DNA of 64,000 nt from positions 143,530,001-143,594,000 of the forward strand of contig OZ024740.1 in NCBI GenBank assembly GCA_964016885.1, given 5' to 3'. Below the pieces are notes generated by a model. The model did not search any database. It worked only from the letters and a program-made list of their open reading frames with translations, and was not told where the DNA came from. Each line of letters starts with the position of its first letter. Position 1 is the stretch's first letter. The position numbers and the translations under genes are program-made. The stretch comes from Eledone cirrhosa (lineage: Eukaryota). Shown in pieces: positions 36,010 to 48,699 of this stretch.

Positions 36010-37400
36010 TAAACAAGTATAGACATATGTTCAAGACCATGCTGACAAAAACCTTCCTAACAATGCTTAGCAGCAAGATGCCTTGGTAACTATTGCAGTC
36101 ACTTCGGTCACCTTTGTTCTGATAGAAGGTGACAATGATACAGTCTCTCATGTCTTGCGGGACTGTTCTGTCTTCCCAGCACTAACACAGTAGTTTCAAC
36201 AAGGGGCTAATTAGCACTCCCTTTGCACACCTGATGACCTCTTGGAGGATGCCGTCAGATCTTGGTGCCTTCCCAGCAGGTAAACTAATCAATGGCTCTG
36301 CACAGTTCTTCAGCAGTCGACAACACATCTAGCTCCTCCATGACAGCTAGGTGTTTCATGGTGTCTAGCATGTTGTCTGAGATACTTTTTTTCCTTGCCA
36401 TACAGTTTGAAGTAATATTCCACCTATCTCTCCAACCGCTCTCTTTTTCCTTTGATGACCTCACCTGTTCTTGATTTGAATGGAGGAGTCTTGCTCTGGG
36501 TTGGGCCAATGGCTTTCTTGATGCCCTCATACATTCCCCAAATGTTACTTGTGTCAAATAACAGCTGGATGCATTTGAATAACTGTAACCAGTAGTCATT
36601 TGCACAGTGACTCGTAATCTTTTATGTCTTGTTCCGAGCTCATCTCAATGCTCATAGTGTTGCTCTGGTGGGTGAGTGTTTATGCTTCAACAGGGAGCAT
36701 GCTTCTTCTCCATGGTCGCATTGAACTAGTCATGTGTCATTCTTCGATTCTTCCTGAAGATCTCTTCAATGCAGTGTCATGGATGGTGCCTCTGAGAAAG
36801 TTCCATCTTTGCTGAACACCACCTTCCAGAGGTTCTGCAAGGAGGATGTCTTCCAGTGACTTGAGGAATACAGGTACTTTGACTGACTGCTGGGTCACAG
36901 TAGCCTTGATATGCTGTATGACAAGAGGCTTAGCATAGTGCATTTTTGGTTGGAGTTTGAGATTGCAGCAAACCAGGGAGTGATCTGTGCCAAAGTCAGC
37001 GCTCCAAAAGGACCAAGTCAAGAGTACATTTCTCAAGTGGTTGTGTCTTATGAGGATCAGATCTAGCTGGTGCCTGTGCTCTGAGCGAGGATAACGCCAG
37101 GAAACTTTGTGTTGAGCTTTGGCCTGGAAGTAGGTGTTGGTGACACATAATCCATGGAGCATACAGAGCTCAAGCAGTTGTTGCCCGTTGTCATTCATGT
37201 TACCGACCCCATGCTGTCACAGTTACCCTGTCCAGGAGTCGTGGTCGGCTTCCACTCTGGCATTGAAGTCACCAAGTAACACCAGCTGTTCTCCATATGG
37301 GATTGCCTGTATTTTTCTGGAGAACTGATTGTAAAACTTATCCGTGTCATCTTGTGTGTAATAGAGGGTTAGGGCATAAGCACTGACAAGGTTGACAAGA
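36010..37400 (-). mobile_element. RTE (BovB-like) LINE fragment: APE and linker
   Basis: LLGDFNARV, NDNGQQLLELC, HKVSWR.PRS..HQLDLIL and TDHSLV. Confidence 0.88.
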
Positions 37401-37429
37401 CAGGAGCCTCCCAAAAGTCAGCTTGAAGG

Positions 37430-37665
37430 TAACACAGAGGAGACTGAGGTTAACTGGACATGCTCAGAGTTGACACTGCACTCAATGGTCCTGTGGGAGC
37501 CCCTACATGAACACACTAGAAGAGGGAAACCAAGGATGACATGTATTGATACCTTAAGGACAGACACTGGTCTCTGGGAGACACAGGCCATGGAAACGAT
37601 GATGAAGAACAGAGACCGCTGGAGAGAACTCGTACATGGATCTCGGGAATTTTACCTGCCCTAGA
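37430..37665 (+). mobile_element. LINE ORF2 extreme 3' fragment
   Basis: MVLWEP...RRGKPRMTCIDTL..DTG...M.NRDRWR is typical of RTE-type C-termini. Confidence 0.65.
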
Positions 37666-37727
37666 TAGATATATATGCATATATATATGTGTGTGTGTGT
37701 GTAATTATGTGTTTTATATCAAATAAT

Positions 37728-37918
37728 AATTGTTTCTACTTTTGGCACAAGGCCAGCAATTACCTAGTGTATTACTGGTACTTTATTTTATCGACCCCAT
37801 AAGGATGAAAGGCAAAGTTAACCTCGGCGGGATTTGAACTCAGAATGGCAAGGGCCGTAACTCTATGCATCAAAGCATGGCATCTGACCCTCTACTGATA
37901 CTGCCAATCCACCGCCCT
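37728..37918 (-). mobile_element. tRNA-derived SINE with target-site duplication
   Basis: Same core as 28030; flanking direct repeat tatcaaataataat. Confidence 0.88.
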
Positions 37919-38169
37919 ATTATTATCAAATAATAATAATATTCGATTTGTTTGCAAGCAGACAGTCTCATTATGCTATGTTTAGTTTTTGATGGCCATC
38001 ATCATCCGTTCAACAGCAGCATTGAAGAACAATCAACAGGTTTCTGGGTTATTGTTCTTCATCAGGACTGTACTTCTCTGCTACTCGTTTGAACTGTTGA
38101 AAATATATAGTATTTTCTAAACTATACATTGGCTGATTAGCCTCATTTGCATAACAAGTGATTTTACAG

Positions 38170-40680
38170 CTGGGCTTGCCGAAAAACAAAATTAGAATTT
38201 GATTTTCTGCTCTAACATAGCAGATTACATAAATGTAATTATGGATTTTATATTGAATATTAATAATAAGGTCAGCCGTAGAATTGCTTGGTATGCACTA
38301 TTCTTGTCATTAACCAACAAACCTAATACAGGGCCCTCGAAACAGTCAAATCCAGCTGCGTCACTAGCCCCAATATATTTTTACTTAATACACAAAGTGT
38401 CAGCCTTTTCATCAATGCAGAAAAATGGAAGATCCAATTCTTTGAGGTTTGGGTTACCAACCATCCACACCATATCCCTTTCTTCATCCTAACTGAGACC
38501 CATTTTAACGTCTCCCACTTGGAAACTGAAGTGAGGGTGAGAAATTTTACAACCATCTGCGTGGATCATGTTGGCAGAAGAAAAGAACAAAACTACCATT
38601 TCCTGCATGATTCTTTTATGGCTGATGAAAATAACATATTCTCCAATGGTTATTATGAATCAGTTTCTGTGCACAACAAAGCCAATGATTTGATTGTAGC
38701 TTGGGCTCTATAAGCCTCCCCAAACACCTCTACCGTGCTTCAAAGAATGCCCCAACAGCATTAGGTGTTTTATCCAACAGTGTGATTCTGGGAGATTTGA
38801 TAGGTGACTTCAATCTACCCTGTGTTGATTGGTCTACAAACAGTTGAAATCAGGTCCTTCTTCCTCAACCCCTAAGTAGTTTTTCCTGTCCTAACTTGTG
38901 CTTGCACCAACAAGATATCACAAAAACATTTTAGATTTAGTATTTAGTAACCACACTAAAACTATCTGCATTATTGCAGTAGTAAAAGCTCTCCTCTCAG
39001 ACCATGACATGGTACTTTGTAACTTGAGGTTCCACCAGCCAAAAGTTTAACCTGATGATTCTTTCCAGCCCACTTATGTAATAACATTGATCTTCATAAT
39101 GTAAACTGGTCTTTCACACACAGCCACCAACATCAAAACATGAATGATGACCTTCATCAATAACCAACAGACTGAGTCATTGACAAAATTAAACTCAAAT
39201 CCAAAATGTTCTTTCCATTTGCCAAAAATCACAAGACTGCTGTCACAACCATTGGGCTTCTGTTTGATGAAAATGGCACACTCCAAAAGAATGCTAAAAG
39301 CATGGGTGAAATACTGCAGAAAAAATACTGCTCTGGGCTGTATCAGTGATATTAACCCCCTACACACCATATCTGACATAACATTTGCTGCCCCTGATAT
39401 CTTAGTGACAATAAACAAAATTAAACACAACTCAACAATAGTCTCCGATAAGCTCCCTGCTACTGTCCTGAAGGTGTGTTGACACCAGCTTGCACCCCCT
39501 ATACCTAATGTATGGAAGAACTCGCTGGATGTAGCCTATTTCCCTGAAGATTTTGTATCCCAGTTTATCATCCCAGTTTTCAAAAAAGGATACAAGTTCT
39601 TTGCTGTAAATTACCATCTGATAAATAGCTCACTACCTTGAAAACAACACCCTACTGAACTCCAACTAGCATAGCAACATTTGAGTATGTGGAAAACTAC
39701 TATAGTGGATTTAGTGTTTCCTAACAGATCTCACTATGTTGTGATTGAAGGAACATGATCAAGCTCAACCAAAGTCTGAAGTAGTGTCCCACACGGCACT
39801 GTGTTGTGCCCACTTCTCTTCATTATTTATATCAATGACCCTTTTACGATCTGAGTTCAAATCCCGCCGAGGTTGACTTTGCCTTTCATCCTTACGGGGT
39901 CGATAAAATAAAGTACCAGTAATGCACTGGGTAATTGCTGGCCTTAGAAACAATTATTTATATCAATGACACAGTTGTCATCAAGTACAGCAAAATAAGA
40001 ATGTTCACAAATGATTCCAAGCTCCAGAAAGTCATTAACAGAGTGGGATACTGGGCATGCCTTCAATCAGATATGTTTGCTGTTATCCAATGTGTGAAAA
40101 AAAATAGTGTGCTACTAAACGAGGATAAATTTGAATTAATCCCCTTTAGAAAAGAGGATGCACTGAAGTTAACATATTATCTTCCCTCAGGTGAAATCCT
40201 CATAGCATACAACACCAGAGACCTTGGTGTAAATGTTGATAGCAACTTAAGCTGGAATACTCACATAAACAACAATGTTGTCATGACCTGCGGGATGTGT
40301 TCCTGGATTCTCAGAATTTTCCATTCGAGAGATATCCATACCATCATCCTTCTCTTCTCTACTTTTGCCTGGCCCCACCTTAAATACTGTTGTCCATTGT
40401 GGTATCCTCACATGAAACAAAGTATTATGAAAATTGAAGTACCTCAAATGTAATTACAAAAGGAAAGATGGTTTGACTAGAAAAGCTCAAACTCTACTCT
40501 CTCCAATGCTGTCATAGCACTACCTTACCTTCATGATGTGGAAAATATTCCATCATCATTGCCCAGATGATGTTGGCATCACCTTTAAAATTCACATAGG
40601 GCTATCTGCCACTACAAAAATCAAACTCGCATCACATAACAACATTATAGTAGAATTATTTCACCTCAACTTGTCCAGCT
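38170..40680 (+). mobile_element. CR1-type LINE, highly decayed, interrupted by a SINE fragment (39843-39955)
   Basis: GDFNLP, LDLVF and LSDH APE remnants; RDLGV, PHLKYCCPLW ORF2 motifs. Confidence 0.78.
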
Positions 40681-40831
40681 CTCTTATTTACTATATATAT
40701 ATACACACGTATATATATATATATATATATATATCGCAAAGCCACTGCTTCGGCTACTACTCCTTCAGTTTAGACCTGGCTGTTTTCTGGTATGCTAAAT
40801 GGACTACAGAGTTGGAGAGTCTGAGCACTCA

Positions 40832-42830
40832 ATGACAATGTCAAAGATAAAGATAAATTCACCTCCCCCTGCCGGACGAGAATGCAAGGACTCCTCTTTA
40901 TTTCAGACATGGAAGATCAACATAATTCCGTCACCACTCCCTGTGCCCCCAACCCATCCCTTCCACCCACCAAGCAAAATCCAAAACTTCAGAGTTGGTA
41001 CCATGAACATTGAAAGGTCGCTCAAATGAGGTTGTAGAGATGCTTGAACGTAAGGAAGTTGATGTTTGTTGTATTCAAGAGACTAGGAGGAGGGGTCGGT
41101 CTGCCAGATTCATTGTGGGTAAAAAACAATGCTATAAACTTTTCTGGATGTGAAATGACAACGGGCTGGGGGAAGTAGGAATTATGTTAGCAGAAAAATG
41201 GGTAGATAAGGTAATTGCCGTAAATAGAGTGAACGATAGAATAATTAAAATAAGACTAGTTCTAAATAGAACAACTGTGTTGATAATATCTGCTTATGCA
41301 TCCCAATCTGGCCTACCTGATGTTATAAAAGACAGATTCTATGAGTCGCTAATGCTCACTACCTCCCAAATAACCGACAGTGACTACATAATTATTGGTG
41401 GTGACCTTAATGGTCATGTTGGACAACATTGTGATGGCTATGACGGGATCCATGGAGGCTATGGGTTTGGTACTAGGAATGAAGAAGGCTTCAGAATCCT
41501 GGAATTCTGTGATGCTAATAACCTAACTATCTGTAACACAAACTTCAAAAACCGAGACAATCACTTGATCACTTATAGATCAGGGGAACACACCAGTCAG
41601 ATAGATTATATCCTTACTAGAAGACGTGACAGAGTGTCTGTTGTAAACACTAAGTCCCTCCCCTGTGAAGAATGCACCTCCCAACATAGCCTAGTAGTTA
41701 GTGATCTAATACTCAGGACTAGACGTACTCGATGACAGCGGAGGACTATCTTGGGGAGAAGAACATGGAAGCTGAAGGACCCTACAGCCAGTGACAAATT
41801 TAAAAGCTTATTACTTGATGATTTTGACAGTAAGGAAGAGCAATTAGAGACGTACAATATAGAAGTACAGTAGGAATTCATGAAAGTTAACCTGCTGAAG
41901 GCGACAGACGAAATCTGTGGCTGGAGCAGACCTATAGGCAGGAGGAGAGTAACTTGGTGGTGGAACAGTAAAGTGGAGGAGACAATGAAGGCTAAAAAGC
42001 AGGCTTGGAAAGTATAGCAGGATGGGGGTAGTAGAGAACACTATCAAGTGTCCAGGAGAGAAGCTAGGAGACAAGTGTACCTTGCAAGAAGGGAAGCAGA
42101 GCATAGAACATTCAAGCATGTTCTACAAAACGAGGACCAAAAACATGAGGTGTTCAGGATTGCAAGACAATGTGTCAAGGAAAACCGTGATATTGTCGGG
42201 GAGAAGTGTGTCTGTAATGATGATGGTGTACTTGCCCTCACTGATACTGATAAGAAGGTAGCTTGGAAGTGTCACTACGGGAGACTACTAAATGAGGAGA
42301 ATAAGTGGGAAAAAGATAGTCTGCCCCAAATCGATCCAATAGAGAGACCAGCGATGCAAGTTAAAGGTTGTATAATAAGTAAGGCAATCAAAGATATGAA
42401 GACAGGCAAGGTGGCTGGGCCTTCGGAGATAGTTGCTGAGATGTTGAAAGCATTTGGAATGATGGGACATACTATGGCCACCCGGATAATAAACCAAGTA
42501 ATACAGAATGAGGTCATATAAAAAGACTGGCGTAGCAGCATCATCGTTAACTGTTACAAGAGTAAAGGAGATGATCTAGATAGGGGAAACTATAGAGGCC
42601 CCTCCAAACCTAACATACACCCCAACCCACTCCCACCAACACCACCCTTTCTCTATAAAGTTATGCTGGTACCACAACATCCAGTCCAAACTAATGAGAT
42701 CGTGTAGGTGTCACGACAAAAAAGCTCCCAGTCCACTCTGTAAATGCGGTTGGTGTTAGGAAGGGCATCCAGCCGTAGAAAACCTGCCAGATAGTCCTAT
42801 ACAAGCGAGACATGGTCACCCGACCAATCT
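40832..42830 (+). mobile_element. RTE LINE with both ends but RT deleted
   Basis: Begins tgacaATGtcaaagataaag; APE motifs (GDLNGHVG, QIDYIL). Jumps from NYRG (~42600) directly into the 3' UTR. Confidence 0.92.
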
Positions 42831-43310
42831 TGCTGGACACCACCAGAGGGTGTTAGACGCTGGTGTTTGCATAGTTACGGCTTCCTAAATGTTTCCTGTA
42901 AACATACCGTGTTTCTTTAGAAATACGAAATTTCTATAAATATTTGCTTAAAGTTGTAAGCAAAATCCTATTTCTATTCTAGTTGAGCCAACTTATGCAG
43001 CTTCATATACAAATGAGATTAATCACCTCATTTACACAGATGAGAAAACTATATATTCTCGACTGTTCTCAAGTCCAGCAGTTGCAAGCGGTGGGAGGGA
43101 CCATCCTGACGAAGGCCAGTCAAGCCTGAAATGCATAGACGGTTGTCCTCCTTGCTTCTGCTGGACACCACCAGAGGGCGTTAGCATCCAGTGTTTGCAT
43201 AGCTATGGCTTCCTAAATGTTTCCTGTAAACATGCCGTGTTTCTTTATAAATATAAAATTTCTATACATATTTGTATAAAGCTATGCTTGAAGCAAAATC
43301 CTATTTCTAT
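42831..43310 (+). mobile_element. ~328-bp-period partial tandem repeat carrying a type I hammerhead (non-LTR retrozyme-like)
   Basis: tgctggacaccaccagaggg... starts at 42831 and again at 43159; the ribozyme core lies just before the second copy. Confidence 0.72.
43074..43165 (+). ncRNA. Type I hammerhead ribozyme
   Basis: CUGACGA (43106-43112), stem II aggc-cagucaa-gccu, GAAA (43128-43131), ugca, UA. Long stem I: uccagcag..gcaag..ggagg..accauc pairs with gacggu..ccuccuugc..cugcugga. Confidence 0.75.
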
Positions 43311-43401
43311 ATATATATATATACATAGATATAGATATCGATATATATAATAATATAATTATTATAAAGAATGAGGAATCACAATTTATTAACATATTAC
43401 A

Positions 43402-43700
43402 TGGCGGCACATGGCTTAGTGGTTAGAGCATTGGCTTTGCAATCGAAAGGTTGTGAGTTCAATTCTCAGACCGGGTGATGTGTTGTTTCCTTGAGCAAGA
43501 CACTTTATTTCACATTGCTCCAGTTTACTCACTGCAAAAGTGGTTGTGGAGGTGCCACGGCAAAAAAGCACCCAGCACTCACTGCAAATGAGGTTGGTGT
43601 TAAGAAGGGCATCCAACTGTAGAAATCAAGCCAGAATCAGTTCCCGTCCCACCCTTGCAAGCAGGGAAAAGTGGACGTAAAATGATGATGATGATGATGA
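43402..43700 (+). mobile_element. tRNA-derived SINE with RTE-derived 3' tail
   Basis: A-box tggcttagtgg, B-box gagttcaattc, core ccttgagcaagacac; 3' part matches the RTE 3' UTR; (GAT)n tail. Confidence 0.9.
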
Positions 43701-43776
43701 TTACATATGTTTCTCCATCGATCAGCTCGAGACAAGATCTGTTATAGATCGAACCCGACTCTGCATTCGAAGGGTC

Positions 43777-43806
43777 TATATATATATATATGAGTGTGTG
43801 TGTATG

Positions 43807-43840
<34 letters not shown>

Positions 43841-43844
43841 TATA

Positions 43845-43894
<50 letters not shown>

Positions 43895-43947
43895 AATATA
43901 TATGTATATATATATACACACATATATATATGTATATATATATAAAA

Positions 43948-44008
<61 letters not shown>

Positions 44009-44090
44009 TATATGTATATATATATACACACATATATATATGTATATATATAAAAAATATATAAAAATATATATATATATATATATATAG
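43777..44090. repeat. Compound (TA)n/(TG)/(CA) microsatellite
   Basis: About 300 bp of dinucleotide repeats; source of spurious YI-rich ORFs. Confidence 0.98.
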
Positions 44091-44331
44091 TAATAATAAT
44101 AAATTTGAAGACTAAAATCCAAAGAGGGCTCGATAAGAATAAATATATATCAAATATATAAGAACCGTAGAGCAAATATTTATTAAAATAACAGATTAAA
44201 GTTTAAGCAAAGAATCGCTGCTTTCACCCTTAACGGGATCTTCTGAAACTAAAAAAATCAATCTGTGAACGCAGAAGTAAATATTTCGAAAAACGTTGCA
44301 ACCGAAAGAAGACAGGAAGACGATACTTTGA

Positions 44332-44508
44332 TTCGTGGAAACGTTCCCTGCCAAAGAACGTAAAAAAACGAAGATAATTCGTCCTAATTTGGAGCGGTGA
44401 AAACAATTACGTGGTATTGTTTTTGCGTGTAATTGTTTTCAAAGCTCCAAATAATGACGTATTATCTTCGTTTTTTTACGTTCTTTGCCAGGGAACGTTT
44501 CCACGAAC
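44332..44508. repeat. Inverted repeat (~78-bp arms)
   Basis: ttcgtggaaacgttccctgccaaagaacgtaaaaaaacgaagataat... vs ...attatcttcgtttttttacgttctttgccagggaacgtttccacgaa. Confidence 0.9.
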
Positions 44509-44518
44509 CAAAGAATTG

Positions 44519-45117
44519 ACGATGGTTGCTGGACACTACGGCTTAATACGGGATGTTTGTTTACAAACACACCGAGCATTATAATAAATGTTCGGTGAAT
44601 CCATACGTACATATATATATGTGTGCATGTATGTATATATATATACATACTACTGTACGTCTGTATACATATATGTATGTACGTGTACATACTTATATTT
44701 AAGTAACAGCCGTACTAAGAGTGGGAAATGAGATTTCGTTTCATTTTTCCCGTTTATCGTTTTCGGTGCACCCGGCCGATTAACCCACTCGATATGCAAA
44801 TTGGGCTACTCAGCCGTTAATATGCATAAGGTAAGTATATACGTTCAGCAATCTGGCAGGAAGGTATACGTTGCTGACGATAGCTAATAAGCTTGAAACT
44901 AGTACAGCGTTCCTTTGTCAGTGTTGAACAAACGAGCAACGATGGTTGCTGGACACTACGGCTTAATACGGGATGTTTGTTTACAAACACACCGAGCATT
45001 ATAATAAATGTTCGGTGAATCCATATGTACATATTTATATGTGTGCATGTATGTATATATATATACATACTACTGTACGTCTGTATACATATATGTATGT
45101 ACGTGTACATACTTATA
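44519..45117 (+). repeat. Direct repeat of ~180 bp (44519-44697 and 44939-45117)
   Basis: Near-identical acgatggttgctggacactacggcttaatacggg...acatacttata, 420 bp apart. Confidence 0.92.
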
Positions 45118-45419
45118 CATATTTGTTATGTTATACTGTAACTCTTTGCTCTAAAGATGGCGTCAGACTCTCTACCGATACTGCCATTCCACCACCACAG
45201 TTTATATTTGTTATTTAAGCATTTGTAAAGTTATTTGTGTATATATTTAAAACATATTTGCTATGTTATTCTATCGTAAATTTATTTATATGCTTTGTAT
45301 ATATTATGTGTTTATATTTTCATTTTAATGTTATTTATACAATTGTGAAGAAATATTACACCAAAAAGTGAAAATAGGAAAGTTAGGCGCAAGTAGTATC
45401 TCCTGCTGCGAAAACAATT

Positions 45420-48400
45420 CATAGTGCATCAGATTTAAATTCCAAGCAGTCAGGAGAACGGTTGTCTCTAACCGGAGATTGTAAGACGGGTGTCGGCGAA
45501 AGTCTCAATGAGGAAGCCGACATCCTGAGGACCAGAATTCTGTCTGCAAAAACAACCACACGTATTGGATATTGGAACATAAGAACTATGTACCAACCAT
45601 CCAAACTTGCACAAGTTATCGGAGAAATAGAGGCCTACACAATTAACATCCTGGGCCTCAGCGAGGTCCGCTGGACTGACTCTGGGAAGTTTGTCCATGA
45701 AAACAAGACCATCCTGTTCTCAGGCCGTCAGAACGGGACCCACCGAGATGGAGTTGCAATCATCATGGACAGGGCTGCCAGCGGTGCCCTTGAGGAGTGA
45801 ACTCCTATCAACGAACGCCTAATGACAGCAAGATTCACCACATCACATGCAAAGGTCACCATAGCTCAGTGCTATGCTCCAACCAACGAACATAACGATG
45901 ATGACAAGGACGCTTTCTACCAGCAACTACAAGATGTTGTAAACAAAACCCCACGTCATGACATCCTGATCATCATGGGAGACATGAACGCACAGATCGG
46001 GGGAAGCAGGGTTGGCTTTGAACATGTCCTTGGCCCCCATGCTTATGGAAACCGCACGGACAACGGGGACAGGTTTGTCCAGTTCTGTGCCATGAACAAT
46101 ATGAAAATCGGCTCGTCACTATTTGACCACAAGAACACCCACAGGTCACATGGGCTTCGAACGACCACAGGACCAAGACGCAAATAGACCACATTGCGAT
46201 TGGCCCAAGTTGGAGAGCTCCTTGCCTGCAGGACGTCCGAGTCTACCGGGGCGCAGATGTCTGCAGTGACCACTATCTGTCTGTTACCAAACTTAAAATC
46301 AGACTGAGGAAGCAGAAAAAGAGAGCACTCACTACAAGGCGTTTTGACACTACCAAGCTGAAGAACGGTGACACAGAGGCACAGTTCGAGGCTGCTTTGA
46401 GGAACAGATTTGCTGTCCTTGAGGAGTCTGCACCAGGATCGGTCAATTGGTGGGAGGAAATGAAGAAGACCATGGAAGCTGCAGGGGAAGAAATCCTGGG
46501 CTACAGGAAGTCCCTCAGAGAAGCTTGGGTCAGCGACAACACCTGGCAGCTGATTAATGAAAGGAAAACCCTACATCAGCAGAGGCATGCCACTACCCCA
46601 GAGGCCATCAAGGTATATCAGCAGTATGTTGACAAGGACAAGGAGGTGAAACGCAGCGCACAAAAGGACAAACGCATGTGGATTGAGGGTAAGGCGGGGG
46701 AGGCGGAAGCAGCTGCGGCACGCAATGACATGCGCTCTGTGTACCAAATTGCCAAGAAAATCACCGGCAGCTCTAGAGCTAACTCAGGCCCGGTGAAAGC
46801 GAAAGATGGTACGCTGCTTTCCAAGGGTGAAGAAAAGTTAGACAGATGGGCTGAACATTTCAAGGAAGTCCTCAACCGACCGGAGCCACGTGTGCCAGCA
46901 GACACTAAGGAACCTACTAGTTTGTTGCCTATCAATACTGATGACTTCACCGAGAAGGAAGTCCGCATGGCCATAAAAACCCTTAAGAATAACAAGTCAC
47001 CAGGTATGGATGGCATTTCTGCTGAAATGCTGAAGTCAGGAGGCGAAAGCATGGTCAAGTGGATGGGCCACTTATGTAATCTTGTGTGGAACACGGGTGA
47101 AGTCCCAGCAGATTGGAGAAACGGAGCGGTTGTCTGTATCCCCAAGAAGGGCAACCTTGCCGATTGTGACAACTGGAGGGGAGTGACACTTCTCTCCATA
47201 CCAGGGAAGGTCTATTGTCTGATGATCCTGAACCGCATACGTGGCATGGTAGACCGGGAACTGCGAGAACAACAGGAAGGGTTCCGACCAAAACGTTCCT
47301 GTGCAGAGCAGATCTTTACCTTACGCCGCATCATTGAGAGGTACAACGAATTCCAGAGGCCCCTCGCCGTCAGCTTCATCGATTTCTCCAAAGCATTCGA
47401 TAGCTCTCATCGGCCGTCACTCTGGAGCACCATGCATGAGTATGGTCTGCTCCAGAAAGTCATTTCGGCAATCAAACAGATTTACGCAGACTCCAAGTGC
47501 TGCATACGGACAGAGGATGGTTACAGTGACTGGTTTGAGGTGGTTACTGGTGTGCGTCAGGGTTGCTCGCTCTCTCCAATTCTCTTTGCCATAGCCATTG
47601 ACTGGGTACTAAGAAGAGCGTCTAAAGACCAGGGTATATCTTGGGTGGGAGAGCAAAAGTTGTCTGACCTGGACTTTGCGGACGATATTGTTGGACTTGC
47701 AGAGAGCACAGCTGACCTGCAAATCATTATGAACAATATCAATGTCGAAGCAGGAAGCTTAGGTCTCAATATCAGTGCTAAGAAGACCAAAAGCATGTTA
47801 TCTGGGACACACCCATCACCAACTGGTGTTTTCATTGAACAGGGGGGGGGGAGATAGTGGACAACTTCACCTACCTAGGAAGCTCCATTGACAATGGGGG
47901 CGCCATGGACAGTGAATTGCAGTGTAGAATGGGAAAGGCTTCAGCAGCATTTAACCAGCTTGTCAAGATCTGGAAGAGCAGGAAGTTCACCCTCAAAACA
48001 AAGATGAGATTCTACAACAGCAACGTGCTGTCCACACTCTTGTACGGAAGTGAAACATGGCACCTTAAGACCAGCCAAGAGAAGAAGTTGGACGCATTCG
48101 ATTCCAGGTGTCTGCAAAAGATCCTGGGGATTAAATGGAGTGACCATGTAACAAACCAGGAAGTCAGGAACCGCACCAACCAGCAGCTGGTCTCTTCTGC
48201 CATCTGCAAGCGACGCCTGGGCTGGTTTGGACACGCTTTGAGACTTCCCCCGGAGAGACTGGCGAACCAAGTACTTAAATGGAACCCACAGGGAAGCAGA
48301 CGGAGAGGGCGACCCAAAATGAACTGGCGCCAGACAGTTGAAAGGGACCTGCGAGCGACAAACAGACAATGGCGGGACGCTGTGCAACTGGCTGCTGACC

Positions 48401-48470
48401 GAACGCGGTGGAACACTATGATTGCCTCATGTGTCGCAAGACGCGGGAGCTTCTGAGTCAGAGTCTGAGA
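45420..48470 (+). mobile_element. Near full-length, young RTE-clade LINE (APE-RT), a different family from the others
   Basis: WNIRTM, LGLSEVRW, GDMNAQIG, NWRGVTLL, FIDFSKAFD, GVRQGCSLSP, FADD, YGSETW and RGRPK. Only one stop (~45800) and two frameshifts (~46140, ~47850) seen; short tgagtc-type repeat tail. Confidence 0.95.
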
Positions 48471-48699
48471 GAGAGAGAGAGAGGGGGATGATTGCGACGC
48501 AAACGAGTAAGTAATCCAATTCGTTTAACTCTTTTGGCTATATAAAACTAAATATATACATACGTAAACATGTCTTATGTCCGTATTTCTTGCAGTAATG
48601 TTGACTTTCGTGCCTCTTGTAACAAGTGAACGGTTTACTTGTGTTGAATCGTATTTTCTTTCGTTTTCATTTTATATTTTTATATCCTGGATATATTTT

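Noticed and set aside
41581-41870. Third copy of the segmental duplication
   Set aside because: Similarity to the window start is limited to the shared RTE family; the unique flanks and exons are absent.
43402-43475. tRNA gene
   Set aside because: A and B boxes are present, but the sequence continues into a SINE body and tail; a second copy lies at 19403-19740.
43600-44175. Long YI/IY-rich ORFs (also 22697-22948 and 55539-55988)
   Set aside because: Translations of (TA)n/(CA)n microsatellites.
46618-48416. Antisense ORFs overlapping LINE, CRE and Gypsy elements
   Set aside because: Shadow ORFs of transposon coding strands, without independent motifs.
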